From positions 37,784 through 101,783 of the forward strand of contig PRDH01000076.1 of the NCBI GenBank assembly GCA_003345545.1: a stretch of 64,000 nucleotides of DNA. The letters run 5' to 3'. The position numbers and the translations under genes were made by a program. Below are positions 28,904 through 39,637 of this stretch, in pieces; the first letter of the stretch is position 1; the number at the start of each line of letters is the position of its first letter. The DNA is from Candidatus Thorarchaeota archaeon (GTDB lineage: Archaea > Asgardarchaeota > Thorarchaeia > Thorarchaeales > Thorarchaeaceae). The notes beneath the pieces were generated by a model. The model saw only the letters and a program-made list of their open reading frames with translations, had not been told where the DNA came from and did no database searches.

Positions 28904-30797
28904 GTGCGATTGTGAAACGTGTGGCAGTCCACAATCAACAGAAGACAGGAAGCCAAGAATTCACAAGTATAAGACTGCCATCTTCTCTGCTAGTATCCTC
29001 AGTGTAGGACTGATACTTGAGCTCCTTGTTGCTGACATGGTCTGGGTCTATTCTGCATTCTTGATATCGATATTCTCGGCGGGGTGGTCTATCATCCCGA
29101 AAGGAGTCAGAGGGCTGGCGAAACTCAAACTCGATCAACACTTCTTGATGACTTCAGGGTCCCTAGGAGCGGTCTTAATTGGTGCCCCAGCTGAGGGAGC
29201 TGCAGTCATGTTCCTCTTCTATATCTCGACACTCTTGGAGGAGAGAGCAGAAGACAGAGTCCGAAATGAGATACAGAAACTCGCGGAGCTAGAGCCGCCA
29301 ACAGTGGCAGTCATGGTGGATGGCGCAGAAAAGTGTGTTGCACCCGAAGACGTCAGAAAGGGAAACACACTAATCGTGAGACCTGGTGGAAGAATTGGAC
29401 TTGACGGAATCGTAACACTGGGTTCAACATCGGTCAATCAATCAACAATCACGGGAGAATCTCTTCCAGTTCCGAAGTCCGTAGGAGATCAAGTGTATGC
29501 GGGAACAATTAACCAAGAGGGATATATTGAAGTTGAAGCGACCGAAGAGTCGAAGACCACACTACTCTCCAGGATCGTTCAACTAGTGGATGAATCGCGC
29601 AAGAACCGAGCACCCACAGAAAAGGCAATTACACGATTCTCAAGGGTTTACACTCCAGTTGTTGTAGGTGTGGCAATGCTTGTTGCACTCATCTCATTCA
29701 TACTAGGCCTCTCGCTGGTAGACTCAACATATCGAGCCCTTACACTCTTGGTCATCAGCTGTCCGTGTGCCTTTGCAGTTTCGATTCCAGTGAGTATGGT
29801 ATCCGCAATAGCTGGATCTGCTCGCAATGGTGTCCTCGTGAAAGGAGCAATTCACATTGAGCAGATGAGTAAGACGAAGGTTGTGGCATTTGACAAGACA
29901 GGAACTTTGACCGAAGGTGTGCTTTCTGTCAAGGATGTCTGCTTGCATAATGATCACACGCGTAATGAAGTCCTGTCTGCAGCGGCTTCGCTTGAAACGA
30001 TGTCAGAACATCCAATTGGGAGAGCCCTAATCGAGGCTACGTCTCGGGAAAATGTAGACAGAGTTCAGGTGTCAGACTTCGTGTCGAAGCCTGGAAGGGG
30101 AGTCACAGGGCACATTGGTGAAACGGAGTACCTCGTCGGCAATAGGAGGCTCCTGCTTGACAGCAGTATTCCTCTAGAGCCAATTGAACAGCATATCTGC
30201 GGAGCTGGTACGATGGTCTATGTAGCGCAGGACTCGGAGCACTTCGGCACCATCATACTCTCGGATACGATTAGACCAGGTACAAAGGAAGCTATCGCCA
30301 GACTAAATGAAATGGGCATCCGTACAGTCATGTTGACAGGGGATAGCGAGAATGTCGCAAAGGAAATCGCGCAGGAGATTGGCATCTCTGAGTATAGAGC
30401 AGAACTGCTGCCAGATCAGAAAGTGGCTGCGATTGAGGAATTGAAAGAGTCCGGAATCACTCTGATGATTGGAGATGGAATAAACGATACGCCTGCTCTG
30501 GCGGCTGCAGATGTTGGCGTAGCTATGGGAGTCGCCGGATCAGACGCAGCCCTAGAAACTGCAGATGTTGCCCTTATGAAAGAGGACCTGAGCAAAATCC
30601 CAGGACTGATTATGAAAGCAAAGAAGACTATGCAAATCGTGCGTCAGAATGTGGCCACTTCCCTCTCGGTGAAAGCTATGACCGGAGTATTGGCAAGTGT
30701 CGGTCTCATGACACTCTGGATTGCAATCGGAGTAGGAGATATGGGTCTTACTTTTCTGGTCATCGCAAACGCTCTTAGACTGGCAGGAAGAAACTAG
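28881..30797 (+). CDS. Heavy-metal P1B-type ATPase (ZntA/CadA-like)
   Basis: N-terminal CDCETC, TGES, SCPC, DKTGTLT, SEHP, GDGINDTP. Confidence 0.93.
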   Translation: MNMLEASKCDCETCGSPQSTEDRKPRIHKYKTAIFSASILSVGLILELLVADMVWVYSAFLISIFSAGWSIIPKGVRGLAKLKLDQHFLMTSGSLGAVLIGAPAEGAAVMFLFYISTLLEERAEDRVRNEIQKLAELEPPTVAVMVDGAEKCVAPEDVRKGNTLIVRPGGRIGLDGIVTLGSTSVNQSTITGESLPVPKSVGDQVYAGTINQEGYIEVEATEESKTTLLSRIVQLVDESRKNRAPTEKAITRFSRVYTPVVVGVAMLVALISFILGLSLVDSTYRALTLLVISCPCAFAVSIPVSMVSAIAGSARNGVLVKGAIHIEQMSKTKVVAFDKTGTLTEGVLSVKDVCLHNDHTRNEVLSAAASLETMSEHPIGRALIEATSRENVDRVQVSDFVSKPGRGVTGHIGETEYLVGNRRLLLDSSIPLEPIEQHICGAGTMVYVAQDSEHFGTIILSDTIRPGTKEAIARLNEMGIRTVMLTGDSENVAKEIAQEIGISEYRAELLPDQKVAAIEELKESGITLMIGDGINDTPALAAADVGVAMGVAGSDAALETADVALMKEDLSKIPGLIMKAKKTMQIVRQNVATSLSVKAMTGVLASVGLMTLWIAIGVGDMGLTFLVIANALRLAGRN

Positions 30798-30799
30798 GC

Positions 30800-32392
30800 C
30801 TACTTGTACGTATTCAGTGCCTTTGCCCCAAACCAGAGGAAGATGAGAGTGAATCCAATGGTGTACAGCGGCAATGCAATGAGAACGCCCTGATTGCCTG
30901 CAAGGATAGTCACAATAAAGATCATTAGCGCTCCAAGCGACAGATCAATAACGGGGTACGAGAACGCAAGCGGCACGGGCAGAGTTCGAGGGTCGTTTGT
31001 CAATACAGGTACGTATGCACCGATTGCCACGCCAATGGCTGTGAACAGTATTGTCATGGGAGCCGCCAATGCAAGTAGGGCGAGATATCCTTCAATTCTT
31101 AGAATGTAGACCAGAAATCCGCACGCAGGAATAACAGCAATGCCCACCTCGAACAGACTCAGCAAGAACTTGGCGAGAACGATATCTCCTGAACTGAACG
31201 GACTCGCTTTAAGAAGATAGACGTTCTCCTTTTCATCAACAAAGCTTAGCATCGAGGTAACGCTTGACATCTGAACGAGAAGTATCATCATGAGCAGGAA
31301 TGCAGGAACAATCGCGAATGCAAGATCATGCGGTACCTGAATAGGTCTGAACCATGCGGGGTGAACCAAATTGAGGTATAGCACCGTGATTGTTCCGACT
31401 ACTGCATAGACATACTTCCATATCTGCATTGGCGTACGTAGCCTGCTGTAAAAATCCTTGAGCATTATCCATACCATGGGATCTTGAAATCTGGTTTCTG
31501 AGAAATCAACCTCGCCTCGAATGATTCTACTGAAATTGCCTTCTGTTGTTTCCCGACCCTTGACGATTGAAAAGAGCTCGTAGTAATCGTAGCTGCATAG
31601 ATTCGCAGTAAGAAGGACAGCTATGGCAAAAACGATGACTTGCAGTACGAATCCTATCAAGAAACCGATGTCCAACGAAAAAAGCCCTGTCATCTCGGTG
31701 AACAGAAATGCAAAGGCATTAGAAGGCACGAGATAGGCAAATGTGAAAGCCGAAGTGAACTCTGGCAATGCTGGAAGGAGAAAGAGAACACCCAAGAAGA
31801 ATGGCACAACATAGCGCCACCGACTCCTTGTTCTTCGCTCAACGACAAACCGAATGTAGGAGCTCACTGCCCCAAGAAAATAGTTGGTTTCCAGAAAGAT
31901 GATCAAACACACTATCATGAGAGAGGTTGAGTAGTACAGAAGACTAGCATCTGTGAGCAGCGGCAGAATGACTATGAGACCAATCAGTGCGAATACAGTC
32001 TTCCTAACTATACGACGGAGATAACTGCTCAGGAATACTTTGTATGGCAATACGGGCGCGGGAAGTAGCACAATCTCTTGGATGACAGTGAGGCCGGATG
32101 CGATGCCTGAACCAAAGTAGCCGCCGATAACAGAGGTAGCACTAAGGAAAGCAAAGGCGGCAAAGAGCGTGCTTCTATCGATGGTGCTCTCGAGAAGTGA
32201 AGCAGTCTCCGCGATTAATGGCGTGAGCGCTAACATTGATGAAACGACCGTGCTTACAAAGAAGATACCAAACAACGTGATGCCATAGAAGAGCAGCATG
32301 GAAGGAGTTCTGACTGTCTGTTTGAACTGGTTGTAGAGCATTCGAGTTTCATTCTTGAACATCACGTACATGCTTGACTTCAAGGGATTCAC
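30800..32392 (-). CDS. ABC exporter permease
   Basis: About 12 TMs, LLKASPFSSGDIVLAKF, directly follows the ABC ATPase. Confidence 0.75.
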   Translation of the reverse strand: MNPLKSSMYVMFKNETRMLYNQFKQTVRTPSMLLFYGITLFGIFFVSTVVSSMLALTPLIAETASLLESTIDRSTLFAAFAFLSATSVIGGYFGSGIASGLTVIQEIVLLPAPVLPYKVFLSSYLRRIVRKTVFALIGLIVILPLLTDASLLYYSTSLMIVCLIIFLETNYFLGAVSSYIRFVVERRTRSRWRYVVPFFLGVLFLLPALPEFTSAFTFAYLVPSNAFAFLFTEMTGLFSLDIGFLIGFVLQVIVFAIAVLLTANLCSYDYYELFSIVKGRETTEGNFSRIIRGEVDFSETRFQDPMVWIMLKDFYSRLRTPMQIWKYVYAVVGTITVLYLNLVHPAWFRPIQVPHDLAFAIVPAFLLMMILLVQMSSVTSMLSFVDEKENVYLLKASPFSSGDIVLAKFLLSLFEVGIAVIPACGFLVYILRIEGYLALLALAAPMTILFTAIGVAIGAYVPVLTNDPRTLPVPLAFSYPVIDLSLGALMIFIVTILAGNQGVLIALPLYTIGFTLIFLWFGAKALNTYK

Positions 32393-33325
32393 CTACCGAG
32401 GTATTCCACCTGTCAGACCAAGGAATACTTCCTCAAGGTTGCGTGCATCCTTGTTGTATTCCAATAGAGCTTCGAGGGTTCCGCGTCCGACGACTTCCCC
32501 CTCGTTCATAATGACAAATCGACTGCATAGTTCCGATGCCACTCCCAACATATGCGTTGACATGAGTATTGCGGAGCCGTCATTCCGTAGCTTCTTCATG
32601 AGGGCTTTGAGATTCCAGGCACCTCTAGGGTCCAGACCATAAATGGGCTCATCAAAAGCAAGAACATACGGAGGGGGTCTTACAAAGATGCCCACAAGTA
32701 GGACACGCTGAAGATTCCCCTTCGAAAGCGTTCCGATGTATGTATCCAGAAGCTCGTCTAATTGAAACATGTCGACGAATTCTCGCATTCGGATTAGTGC
32801 AATCTCGGTAGGCACATTGTAAATTCGTGCCATGAACATGATATACTCTCGAACAGTGAGACTCGGATAGCACGTGGGCTTCTCAGGAATATACCCAATA
32901 CATCTCTTGGCCTTGATGGCCTCAGAGGACATGTTATAACCATTCACTTTTACAGTACCCAAGGTGGGCTTGATTATACCCGTGAGAATTCTAAGAGTCG
33001 TAGTCTTACCTGCTCCGTTAGGGCCAACAATGCCTACGATTTCACCCGGATCCACGTTCAAATCAAGATTTCGTACTGCCACTTTTGAGCCAAACCGCTT
33101 CTCAAGTCCTTGGATTTGGATTGCAGGCGATTGAAGCTTCGCGACTGGCCCCTTTCCCGTTCCACGACGGTTAAACTCAAGCATTACCTCGTCCAAGAGC
33201 CAACTGCGTTGAATGGCTCTCTTGGCGAGGGGTATCCTTAGCACCCTCGCTAAACGGAGTAGCTCGTCACTCTTCAATCGGCTTACGTCTGCACGTTCAA
33301 TCAAGTACTGGTCCGCTCCCGCCAT
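32393..33325 (-). CDS. ABC transporter ATP-binding protein with an N-terminal extension
   Basis: GPNGAGKTT, LSKG signature, FDEP, STH. Confidence 0.92.
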   Translation of the reverse strand: MAGADQYLIERADVSRLKSDELLRLARVLRIPLAKRAIQRSWLLDEVMLEFNRRGTGKGPVAKLQSPAIQIQGLEKRFGSKVAVRNLDLNVDPGEIVGIVGPNGAGKTTTLRILTGIIKPTLGTVKVNGYNMSSEAIKAKRCIGYIPEKPTCYPSLTVREYIMFMARIYNVPTEIALIRMREFVDMFQLDELLDTYIGTLSKGNLQRVLLVGIFVRPPPYVLAFDEPIYGLDPRGAWNLKALMKKLRNDGSAILMSTHMLGVASELCSRFVIMNEGEVVGRGTLEALLEYNKDARNLEEVFLGLTGGIPR

Positions 33326-33571
33326 TCAATCTAGCAGCCAAGTCTTAGGTTGTAATCAGGGCAATAATAAGTCAGTGGTTTACGTACACATATTCTAGAC
33401 TTCGCAGGCCTCCAACAGGCAAGGGACACAGGAGGCGAGTATCAGACCACTACCCTACTGTGTACCTTCACCATACAAACACTACTCGCCAATCTGCGAT
33501 GACTCCCTCAACGCGAAAACCTATGTGTCTTGCTGAATACTATACACGAGCTTCAATGGAGTGGAAGCCAA

Positions 33572-34195
33572 GTGAATACTCGACTATTGCTTGCTGATGA
33601 TGATGTGGAACTGCTTGATATCGCTCGAATACTCTTCAGGCAGACAGACCAGGGACTCGAACTTCTCGTTGCGAGATCTGTGAAAGAGGCTCTTGAGGTG
33701 TTGGACCGTGAGGAGGTCGACGTTGTGATTGCTGATTATCTCATGCCGGATGCTACGGGCCTTGACCTCTTAGAAGCGGTTCGTTGCACCAGCAATACTA
33801 TTGGCTTCATCATATGGACAGCACACTCTCGAGAGGATGTAGCAATCAAAGCCTTGAATCTGGGCGCAGACTTCTATTTGCTCAAAGGAACAGACATCAA
33901 AGAACAGCTAGTATCTATGTGTGGCATCGTGCGAAAAGTAATCGATTCCAAACATAAGACATCGAGCGCGCGCCCTGCAAAAGAAATACCTACTGAGATC
34001 GCTAGCGAGTTCATCCATGGATTGTCACATGATGTGACCGGAGTATTGCATAACATCATGGGCTATGCAACGCTCCTAGAGGACGATTGCGACAAAACCT
34101 ACATTCAGGGAATCACACGACTCGTAGCGAAGCTAGCTGAACGCATAAAGCAAGCAGTTTCAGATGTGGACAGCGGAATTCTGATTCGGAAATGA
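33572..34195 (+). CDS. Response regulator receiver fused to a HisKA/DHp-like helical domain
   Basis: ADDD, ADYLMP, WTAH, LLKG; C-terminal LSHDVTGVLHNIMGYATLL; GTG start after GGAGTGG. Confidence 0.8.
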   Translation: MNTRLLLADDDVELLDIARILFRQTDQGLELLVARSVKEALEVLDREEVDVVIADYLMPDATGLDLLEAVRCTSNTIGFIIWTAHSREDVAIKALNLGADFYLLKGTDIKEQLVSMCGIVRKVIDSKHKTSSARPAKEIPTEIASEFIHGLSHDVTGVLHNIMGYATLLEDDCDKTYIQGITRLVAKLAERIKQAVSDVDSGILIRK

Positions 34196-34200
34196 CAGAA

Positions 34201-35334
34201 TCACATGTACTCCGTCAAACATGACTGCTCGGTCACATCACTTAATCCTGATACTCTAACTCCAACTAGCCTTATCGGCCTCACGGGATCCCTCTTGTGG
34301 TCGAAAATCTCCAAAGCCAGTTTCTCAAGCATTCCCGTATCATCAGTTTCCACAGGTACGCTTCGACTTCTTTGGATGGTCGAATAGTCGCTGTAGCGTA
34401 TCTTGACTGTGACGGTGCGAAACCTTAGCTTCTTGGTGACAATCTTGTCTCCGATTCGAAAACACATCTTCCTGAGAACTTCTTGCAGATACTCTGAAGC
34501 ATCAGGTTCGACATCTTCCATGAAGGTACGATCTTTGCTTATGGACTTTCGAACTCTGACTCCATTATCCATTAGTGGCCGATCATCAATCCCACATGCT
34601 CTATCGTGTAGCCAGATGGAGCCTCGACCCATGGCCGGCCAGAGCTCAGGAAGTGTCATCTTCTGGACTTGACCTAGATTGTCGATTCCGAATCTGTGTA
34701 GCCACTCTGCTGTCTTCTTGCCTACTCCGTTAAGAGCTTCGACTGGAAGCGTCGCTAAGAACTCCTCGACAGAAGCTGGATCAGGGCCAACGAGCGTTAT
34801 TCCTCTAGGTTTGTTTATTCCTGTGGCTATTTTGGCGACGGACATATTGGGTGCAATACCTATCGAACAAGGAAGCGACGTACGCACTCGTACAGCGTCC
34901 TGTATTTCTCCAGCTAGTTCGCGAGGGCTGGTATAGTTCTGGCATGCTTGAGTCACTTCTATGTATGCCTCATCGATACTCGCTCTTCGTACGCGTCCGT
35001 CGTCCGCAAACTCCCTAAGAACCTCCATGAGCTCATCAGAAGCTTCGCTATAACTTTCGAACGAACTATCAACAAACACCGCTTCAGGACACAGCCTGTA
35101 AGCCTGCGAAACCGGCATTCCTGCATGGATGCCCTTGGCGCGTGCTTCGTAGGACGCAGTTCTGACAACTCCCCGCCCGAAGCCCCCCTTTGGGTCATGG
35201 CCGACGCATACTGGACGACCGATAAGCTCTGGATGATTTCTGAATTGCTCTACACTGGCAAAGAACGCATCCATATCTATGTGCATTATCCAGCGAATCA
35301 TTAGAGTCTCTACACCCGTTGACGGACGAGTCAA
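34201..35334 (-). CDS. dinB: DNA polymerase IV (Y family)
   Basis: HIDMDAFFASVEQ, ASYEAR, SIDEAY, GVGKKT, IRLVGV. Confidence 0.95.
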   Translation of the reverse strand: MTRPSTGVETLMIRWIMHIDMDAFFASVEQFRNHPELIGRPVCVGHDPKGGFGRGVVRTASYEARAKGIHAGMPVSQAYRLCPEAVFVDSSFESYSEASDELMEVLREFADDGRVRRASIDEAYIEVTQACQNYTSPRELAGEIQDAVRVRTSLPCSIGIAPNMSVAKIATGINKPRGITLVGPDPASVEEFLATLPVEALNGVGKKTAEWLHRFGIDNLGQVQKMTLPELWPAMGRGSIWLHDRACGIDDRPLMDNGVRVRKSISKDRTFMEDVEPDASEYLQEVLRKMCFRIGDKIVTKKLRFRTVTVKIRYSDYSTIQRSRSVPVETDDTGMLEKLALEIFDHKRDPVRPIRLVGVRVSGLSDVTEQSCLTEYM

Positions 35335-35505
35335 TAGCAGTTCCTAGGACACTAAGTGCGTCAAACTGAATGATTCGCTCCTAGAGAGGTAACCGAACAT
35401 ATTGCGGTTCATACCCGCTGAAGACAACTACATCCTAGAGAATTCTATATAGTTTGCCTTCATCAGAAAAGTGAGGCTTTCGATGCATTAAGAGCGAAGT
35501 GGAGT

Positions 35506-37794
35506 ATGGACGAGAAGACAGGAAGCAGTCCCGAGAATGGACTCACACATCAAGAAGAGGCCTATCGGTACAGAGCATTAGTCGAGTCCATGAATGATGG
35601 TTTTGGGATTATCAATGATGAGGGAATCTTTACCTATGTGAATCCTCGTTTCGCAGAGATGCTTGAATATTCCGCAAATCAAATGATTGGCAAAGCGATT
35701 ACTGACTTCCTCGATGAGAATAACAGGAAAACCCTCCGACAAGTGATTCGTCAGCGAGCAAAGGGACAGGCAACCCAATATGAGCTTGACTGGACCAAGT
35801 GCTCTGGAGGAACCATTTCCACAATTGTATCCGGTGCGCCTTTGCTTGACGAGAATGGCAAGCACAAGGGGTCCTTTGCTGTCATAACCGATATCACAGA
35901 GCTAAAGCGATCTCGTGATGCCTTAGAAGAGAACGCAGAACTAATGAGGAGAATTTTCGAAGAGTCACAAGTTGGAATTGAATTCTTCGATAGCGAGGGA
36001 ATACTTACCAAAGCTAACCTTGCGGCTCTGGAGATGGCAGGCATAGCAAGCCTACAGGAACTTCTTGGATTCAGTCTTTTTGATGATCCAAATATCCCTG
36101 CGGAAATCAAGACTAAACTCATACGTGGAGAACCTGTGAAGTACGAAGTGGTTTTCGATTTTGACAAGGTGAAGGAGAAGGGTCTCTACAAGACTAGTCG
36201 TTCCGGCACTATAATCCTCGATGCATCAGTGATTCCCTTATGGTCCAAAAACAATGGCAGACTCAAGGGATACTTGAGTCAAATCACAGAGAAGACAGAG
36301 CACAGAGCCACAGAAGCAGCTCTTCAGGATAGTGAGAAACGATACCAACTGCTGGCCGAGAATGTAACCGATGTGATTTTCACTACAGACTTGGAACTGA
36401 ATCTCACATACGTTAGCACATCCGTGAAGCTACTAACTGGACACACCGCAGATGAACTGATTGGCAAATCCATGATTGAACTCATGACACCTGATTCTGT
36501 ATGGACAGCAATCCAAGCCATGAGTGAGGCACTTGAAGCAGAAAAGATGTCGGACCAAACACTGACCAGAGGTGACTCGCCGCCTATTGAACTGAGACTC
36601 AAGCACATAAACGGCTCAACGATTCAGGTAGAAACCACACGCACCTTCTTGCGTGATGAAAGTGGCAAACCCACAGGTGTGCTCGGAGTGGTCCGCAACA
36701 TTGAGGAAAGAAAGCGGGCAGAGCAAGCCCTGATTGCCTCAGAGCTCAAATACAGAACACTGGTCGAACAATCATTTCAAGGAATCGCAATCATTCAAGC
36801 ATTGCCACTAGCGGTGAAATTTGCCAATCCGGCCTTTGCAGGTTTCCTAGGCTTGACCGTTGAGGAAGTCCTTGCTCTGACACCAGGAGAAATTCAGAAG
36901 ATGATCCATCCTGAGGACTGGAGCATTCTCATGGACAGGCTCCAGAAGCTGATGGCAGGAGAGCCACCAGCGAGCATCCCGATAGTGATGCGAGCCTCCC
37001 ATAAGGACGGAAGTACGCAATTCCTTGAGATGTTCGGGAGACGCGTGGAGTTTGAGGGAGTTCCAGCCCTACAACTTGTTGCAATGAATGTTACTACGCG
37101 CAACATTGCCGAGAAACACATACAGACACAGAAAGAGCGAGCGAGCATGTATCTTGATCTGATGTCTCACGATTTTAGAAACCAACTACAGATAATCCTT
37201 GGCAGCTCCATGGTCATGGAAGCGAGATTAGAGGATTCCAACGACCGAAGGTTATTGGGGCAGATAGTATCGGCAGTGGAGCGTTGCCAAAGCATGATAT
37301 CAAAAGTAAAGATCACCGAGCCCCTCATGTCAGTACCGCTTTATCCAAGAAGACTGGATTCGACAGTTGAGGACGTTGTTGAATCGCATCGGACCCAAAA
37401 CAGGGATGCTGAAATAGAGATGTCAATAAGAAACAGGAATGCCTCTGTGGACGCTGACGAGTTTCTGGAGCAATTGCTGACCAATCTCATCGAGAATGCA
37501 ATTGAGCATAATCCAAAAGCAGAGAAGAAGGTATGGGTGAAGCTGTTCAGGAATGGCGAGGGCTATGAGGTCTGTATCTCTGACAATGGCGATGGGATCT
37601 CAGAATCACTGAAGAGCGCTATCTTTGACGTATCCAGGCGTTACGGGGGCGTAGGTCTCCTGCAGTCAAAACAGATTTGTGACAAGTACGGAGGCCGGAT
37701 CGAGGTTCGAGACCGAGTGCAGGGACACCCCTATGAAGGAGCAGAGTTCTCTGTATGGCTGCCAAGAACAAAGAAGCCAGAAATCGTGTCATAG
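35506..37794 (+). CDS. Multi-PAS sensor histidine kinase
   Basis: 4 PAS repeats, MSHDFRNQLQ, NLIENAIEH, DNGDGI, GVGL. Confidence 0.9.
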   Translation: MDEKTGSSPENGLTHQEEAYRYRALVESMNDGFGIINDEGIFTYVNPRFAEMLEYSANQMIGKAITDFLDENNRKTLRQVIRQRAKGQATQYELDWTKCSGGTISTIVSGAPLLDENGKHKGSFAVITDITELKRSRDALEENAELMRRIFEESQVGIEFFDSEGILTKANLAALEMAGIASLQELLGFSLFDDPNIPAEIKTKLIRGEPVKYEVVFDFDKVKEKGLYKTSRSGTIILDASVIPLWSKNNGRLKGYLSQITEKTEHRATEAALQDSEKRYQLLAENVTDVIFTTDLELNLTYVSTSVKLLTGHTADELIGKSMIELMTPDSVWTAIQAMSEALEAEKMSDQTLTRGDSPPIELRLKHINGSTIQVETTRTFLRDESGKPTGVLGVVRNIEERKRAEQALIASELKYRTLVEQSFQGIAIIQALPLAVKFANPAFAGFLGLTVEEVLALTPGEIQKMIHPEDWSILMDRLQKLMAGEPPASIPIVMRASHKDGSTQFLEMFGRRVEFEGVPALQLVAMNVTTRNIAEKHIQTQKERASMYLDLMSHDFRNQLQIILGSSMVMEARLEDSNDRRLLGQIVSAVERCQSMISKVKITEPLMSVPLYPRRLDSTVEDVVESHRTQNRDAEIEMSIRNRNASVDADEFLEQLLTNLIENAIEHNPKAEKKVWVKLFRNGEGYEVCISDNGDGISESLKSAIFDVSRRYGGVGLLQSKQICDKYGGRIEVRDRVQGHPYEGAEFSVWLPRTKKPEIVS

Positions 37795-38736
37795 AAGCGT
37801 ATCGAAGAAACCTGTAAGGTCGATATTCCCCCCACTTATCATCACACCAGCACGTCTACGTTTTATTCTGCTCTTCAGTTTTAGTAGTCCTGCCAGAGAA
37901 ACTGCACCAGATGGCTCCACCACGAGCTTCATGCGTTCCCAGAGGAATCTCATTGCACCTACGATTTCCTCTTCTGTCACTGTGATGATATCATTCACGT
38001 TCTTCTGAATCACCGCGAATGTGAGATCTCCCAGTTGGGTCCTTAGACCATCAGCTATTGTGCGAGGATTCACGCTGGGAAATATCTTCCCTGCCCTGAA
38101 GGAACGATAGGCATCATCTGCATTTGCAGGTTCGACCGCGATCACCTCTATGGTAGGACAGAGGCCCTTGGCTGCTATTGATGTGCCACTCAGAAATCCG
38201 CCGCCTCCGACAGGGGCAAAGACATAGTCCAAGCAGCCAACCTCCTCGATGAGTTCGAGCGCTGCTGTGCCGGCTCCTGCGATAACTCGAGGATCATTGT
38301 AGGGATGAATGAGTGTGTAGCCATGCTGTTTGATGAGAGAATCACACACAGATGCTCTGCTCTCTACAGTGTTCTCGCAAAAGACAACCTCCGCACCATA
38401 GCCTCGCGTTGCATTGACTTTCACCTGCGAGGAGTTCTTGGGCATGACGACGGTTGCTTTCACACCGAGCATCGATGCTGCCAGTGCAAGAGCCTGAGCG
38501 TGATTGCCGGAGGAGTGAGCAATAACACCCCTCTGGCTTTCCTCGGGGGTCAGCTGGCTGATTGCATTGAACGCGCCCCTGAACTTGAAAGATCCGGCGC
38601 GCTGGAAATTCTCGCACTTGAAGAAGATGCTGCCTCCCGACAACTTATCAATTGCCGTTGATGTCATAACAGGGGTCTTCAGCGCAGCACCCTGGATTCT
38701 ATTACTAGCTGCACGGACATCAGCGAGAGTGACCAT
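37789..38736 (-). CDS. Serine racemase / threonine dehydratase family PLP enzyme
   Basis: KCENFQRAGSFKFRGA, SSGNHAQ, GGGG, VEPSGA, SGGN. Confidence 0.9.
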   Translation of the reverse strand: MVTLADVRAASNRIQGAALKTPVMTSTAIDKLSGGSIFFKCENFQRAGSFKFRGAFNAISQLTPEESQRGVIAHSSGNHAQALALAASMLGVKATVVMPKNSSQVKVNATRGYGAEVVFCENTVESRASVCDSLIKQHGYTLIHPYNDPRVIAGAGTAALELIEEVGCLDYVFAPVGGGGFLSGTSIAAKGLCPTIEVIAVEPANADDAYRSFRAGKIFPSVNPRTIADGLRTQLGDLTFAVIQKNVNDIITVTEEEIVGAMRFLWERMKLVVEPSGAVSLAGLLKLKSRIKRRRAGVMISGGNIDLTGFFDTLL

Positions 38737-38819
38737 GACTCAGTCACGGGTAACGAAACAGAAAAGGGTTACCCCAGATGTGATTCTCTTTTCAGAAACG
38801 CTTAACGCTTGGTTTTGAC

Positions 38820-39602
38820 ATGCAAGATGAAAGAAAAAGTGCTGGTGAAGCAATGTCTGGGAAGTATCTGAAATCAAGTATTGACATTCTGCGACTCCTC
38901 ATAGTCATTGGTATATTGATACTTATTGTCGCATTTGTAGTGATGGATAATTCACAACCCTTGTTTCTCTCATCATCGATTGCCATCGCCCTATTGGCCC
39001 TTGTGAACTACTTGGCTCTTCATAGAGAGGGCAACAGCGAATGGAAGACCTATGCGCTGTTGCTTTTCTTTGCCATGGTGTGTGGGACAATCGGCGACTT
39101 CCTGATGGCAGGGATTATCTATATTACCCCTGAGCCTCTAATCAATGGCATCCTGCTCTTTGGCATTGGACATGTGTTCTACCTGATGGGCCTAAGAAAT
39201 AGATCACCACTTCTACTTCGGAAAAGGGACAGCGGCGGAACGAAGCTAATTGCACGCAATCTCATAATATGGATCGTCTGCGTAGTGATAGTTCTGGCCA
39301 TCTTCTATTTCACAGTCTTCAACTCCGCGATGCTCATACTTAGTATTGGAGCGTTAGGCTATGGCATTCTTTTGGTGACTGTGCTCGCATTCGCAATTAC
39401 AAAATGGGCCAGCAAGTTCTCTTTACCATTAAGGATAGCTCTGGTCCTTGGGTTCTTCTTATTCCTATTCTCTGATTGGTTGATTGCATATCACGAATTC
39501 ACCGATCCCGCATTTCTGTCGGGGGCTTATGTTGGAATCACCTATGCCATAGGACAACTACTGATACAGCTGACACCATTCCTTGGTTCAAGAGCCTCGT
39601 AG
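38820..39602 (+). CDS. YhhN / lysoplasmalogenase (TMEM86) family membrane protein
   Basis: IGDFLM, FGIGHVFY, LFLFSDWLIA, TYAIGQLLI. Confidence 0.8.
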   Translation: MQDERKSAGEAMSGKYLKSSIDILRLLIVIGILILIVAFVVMDNSQPLFLSSSIAIALLALVNYLALHREGNSEWKTYALLLFFAMVCGTIGDFLMAGIIYITPEPLINGILLFGIGHVFYLMGLRNRSPLLLRKRDSGGTKLIARNLIIWIVCVVIVLAIFYFTVFNSAMLILSIGALGYGILLVTVLAFAITKWASKFSLPLRIALVLGFFLFLFSDWLIAYHEFTDPAFLSGAYVGITYAIGQLLIQLTPFLGSRAS

Positions 39603-39637
39603 CAGACAATGTGGCCGAGTTGTAAGAGAGTGGTCTA

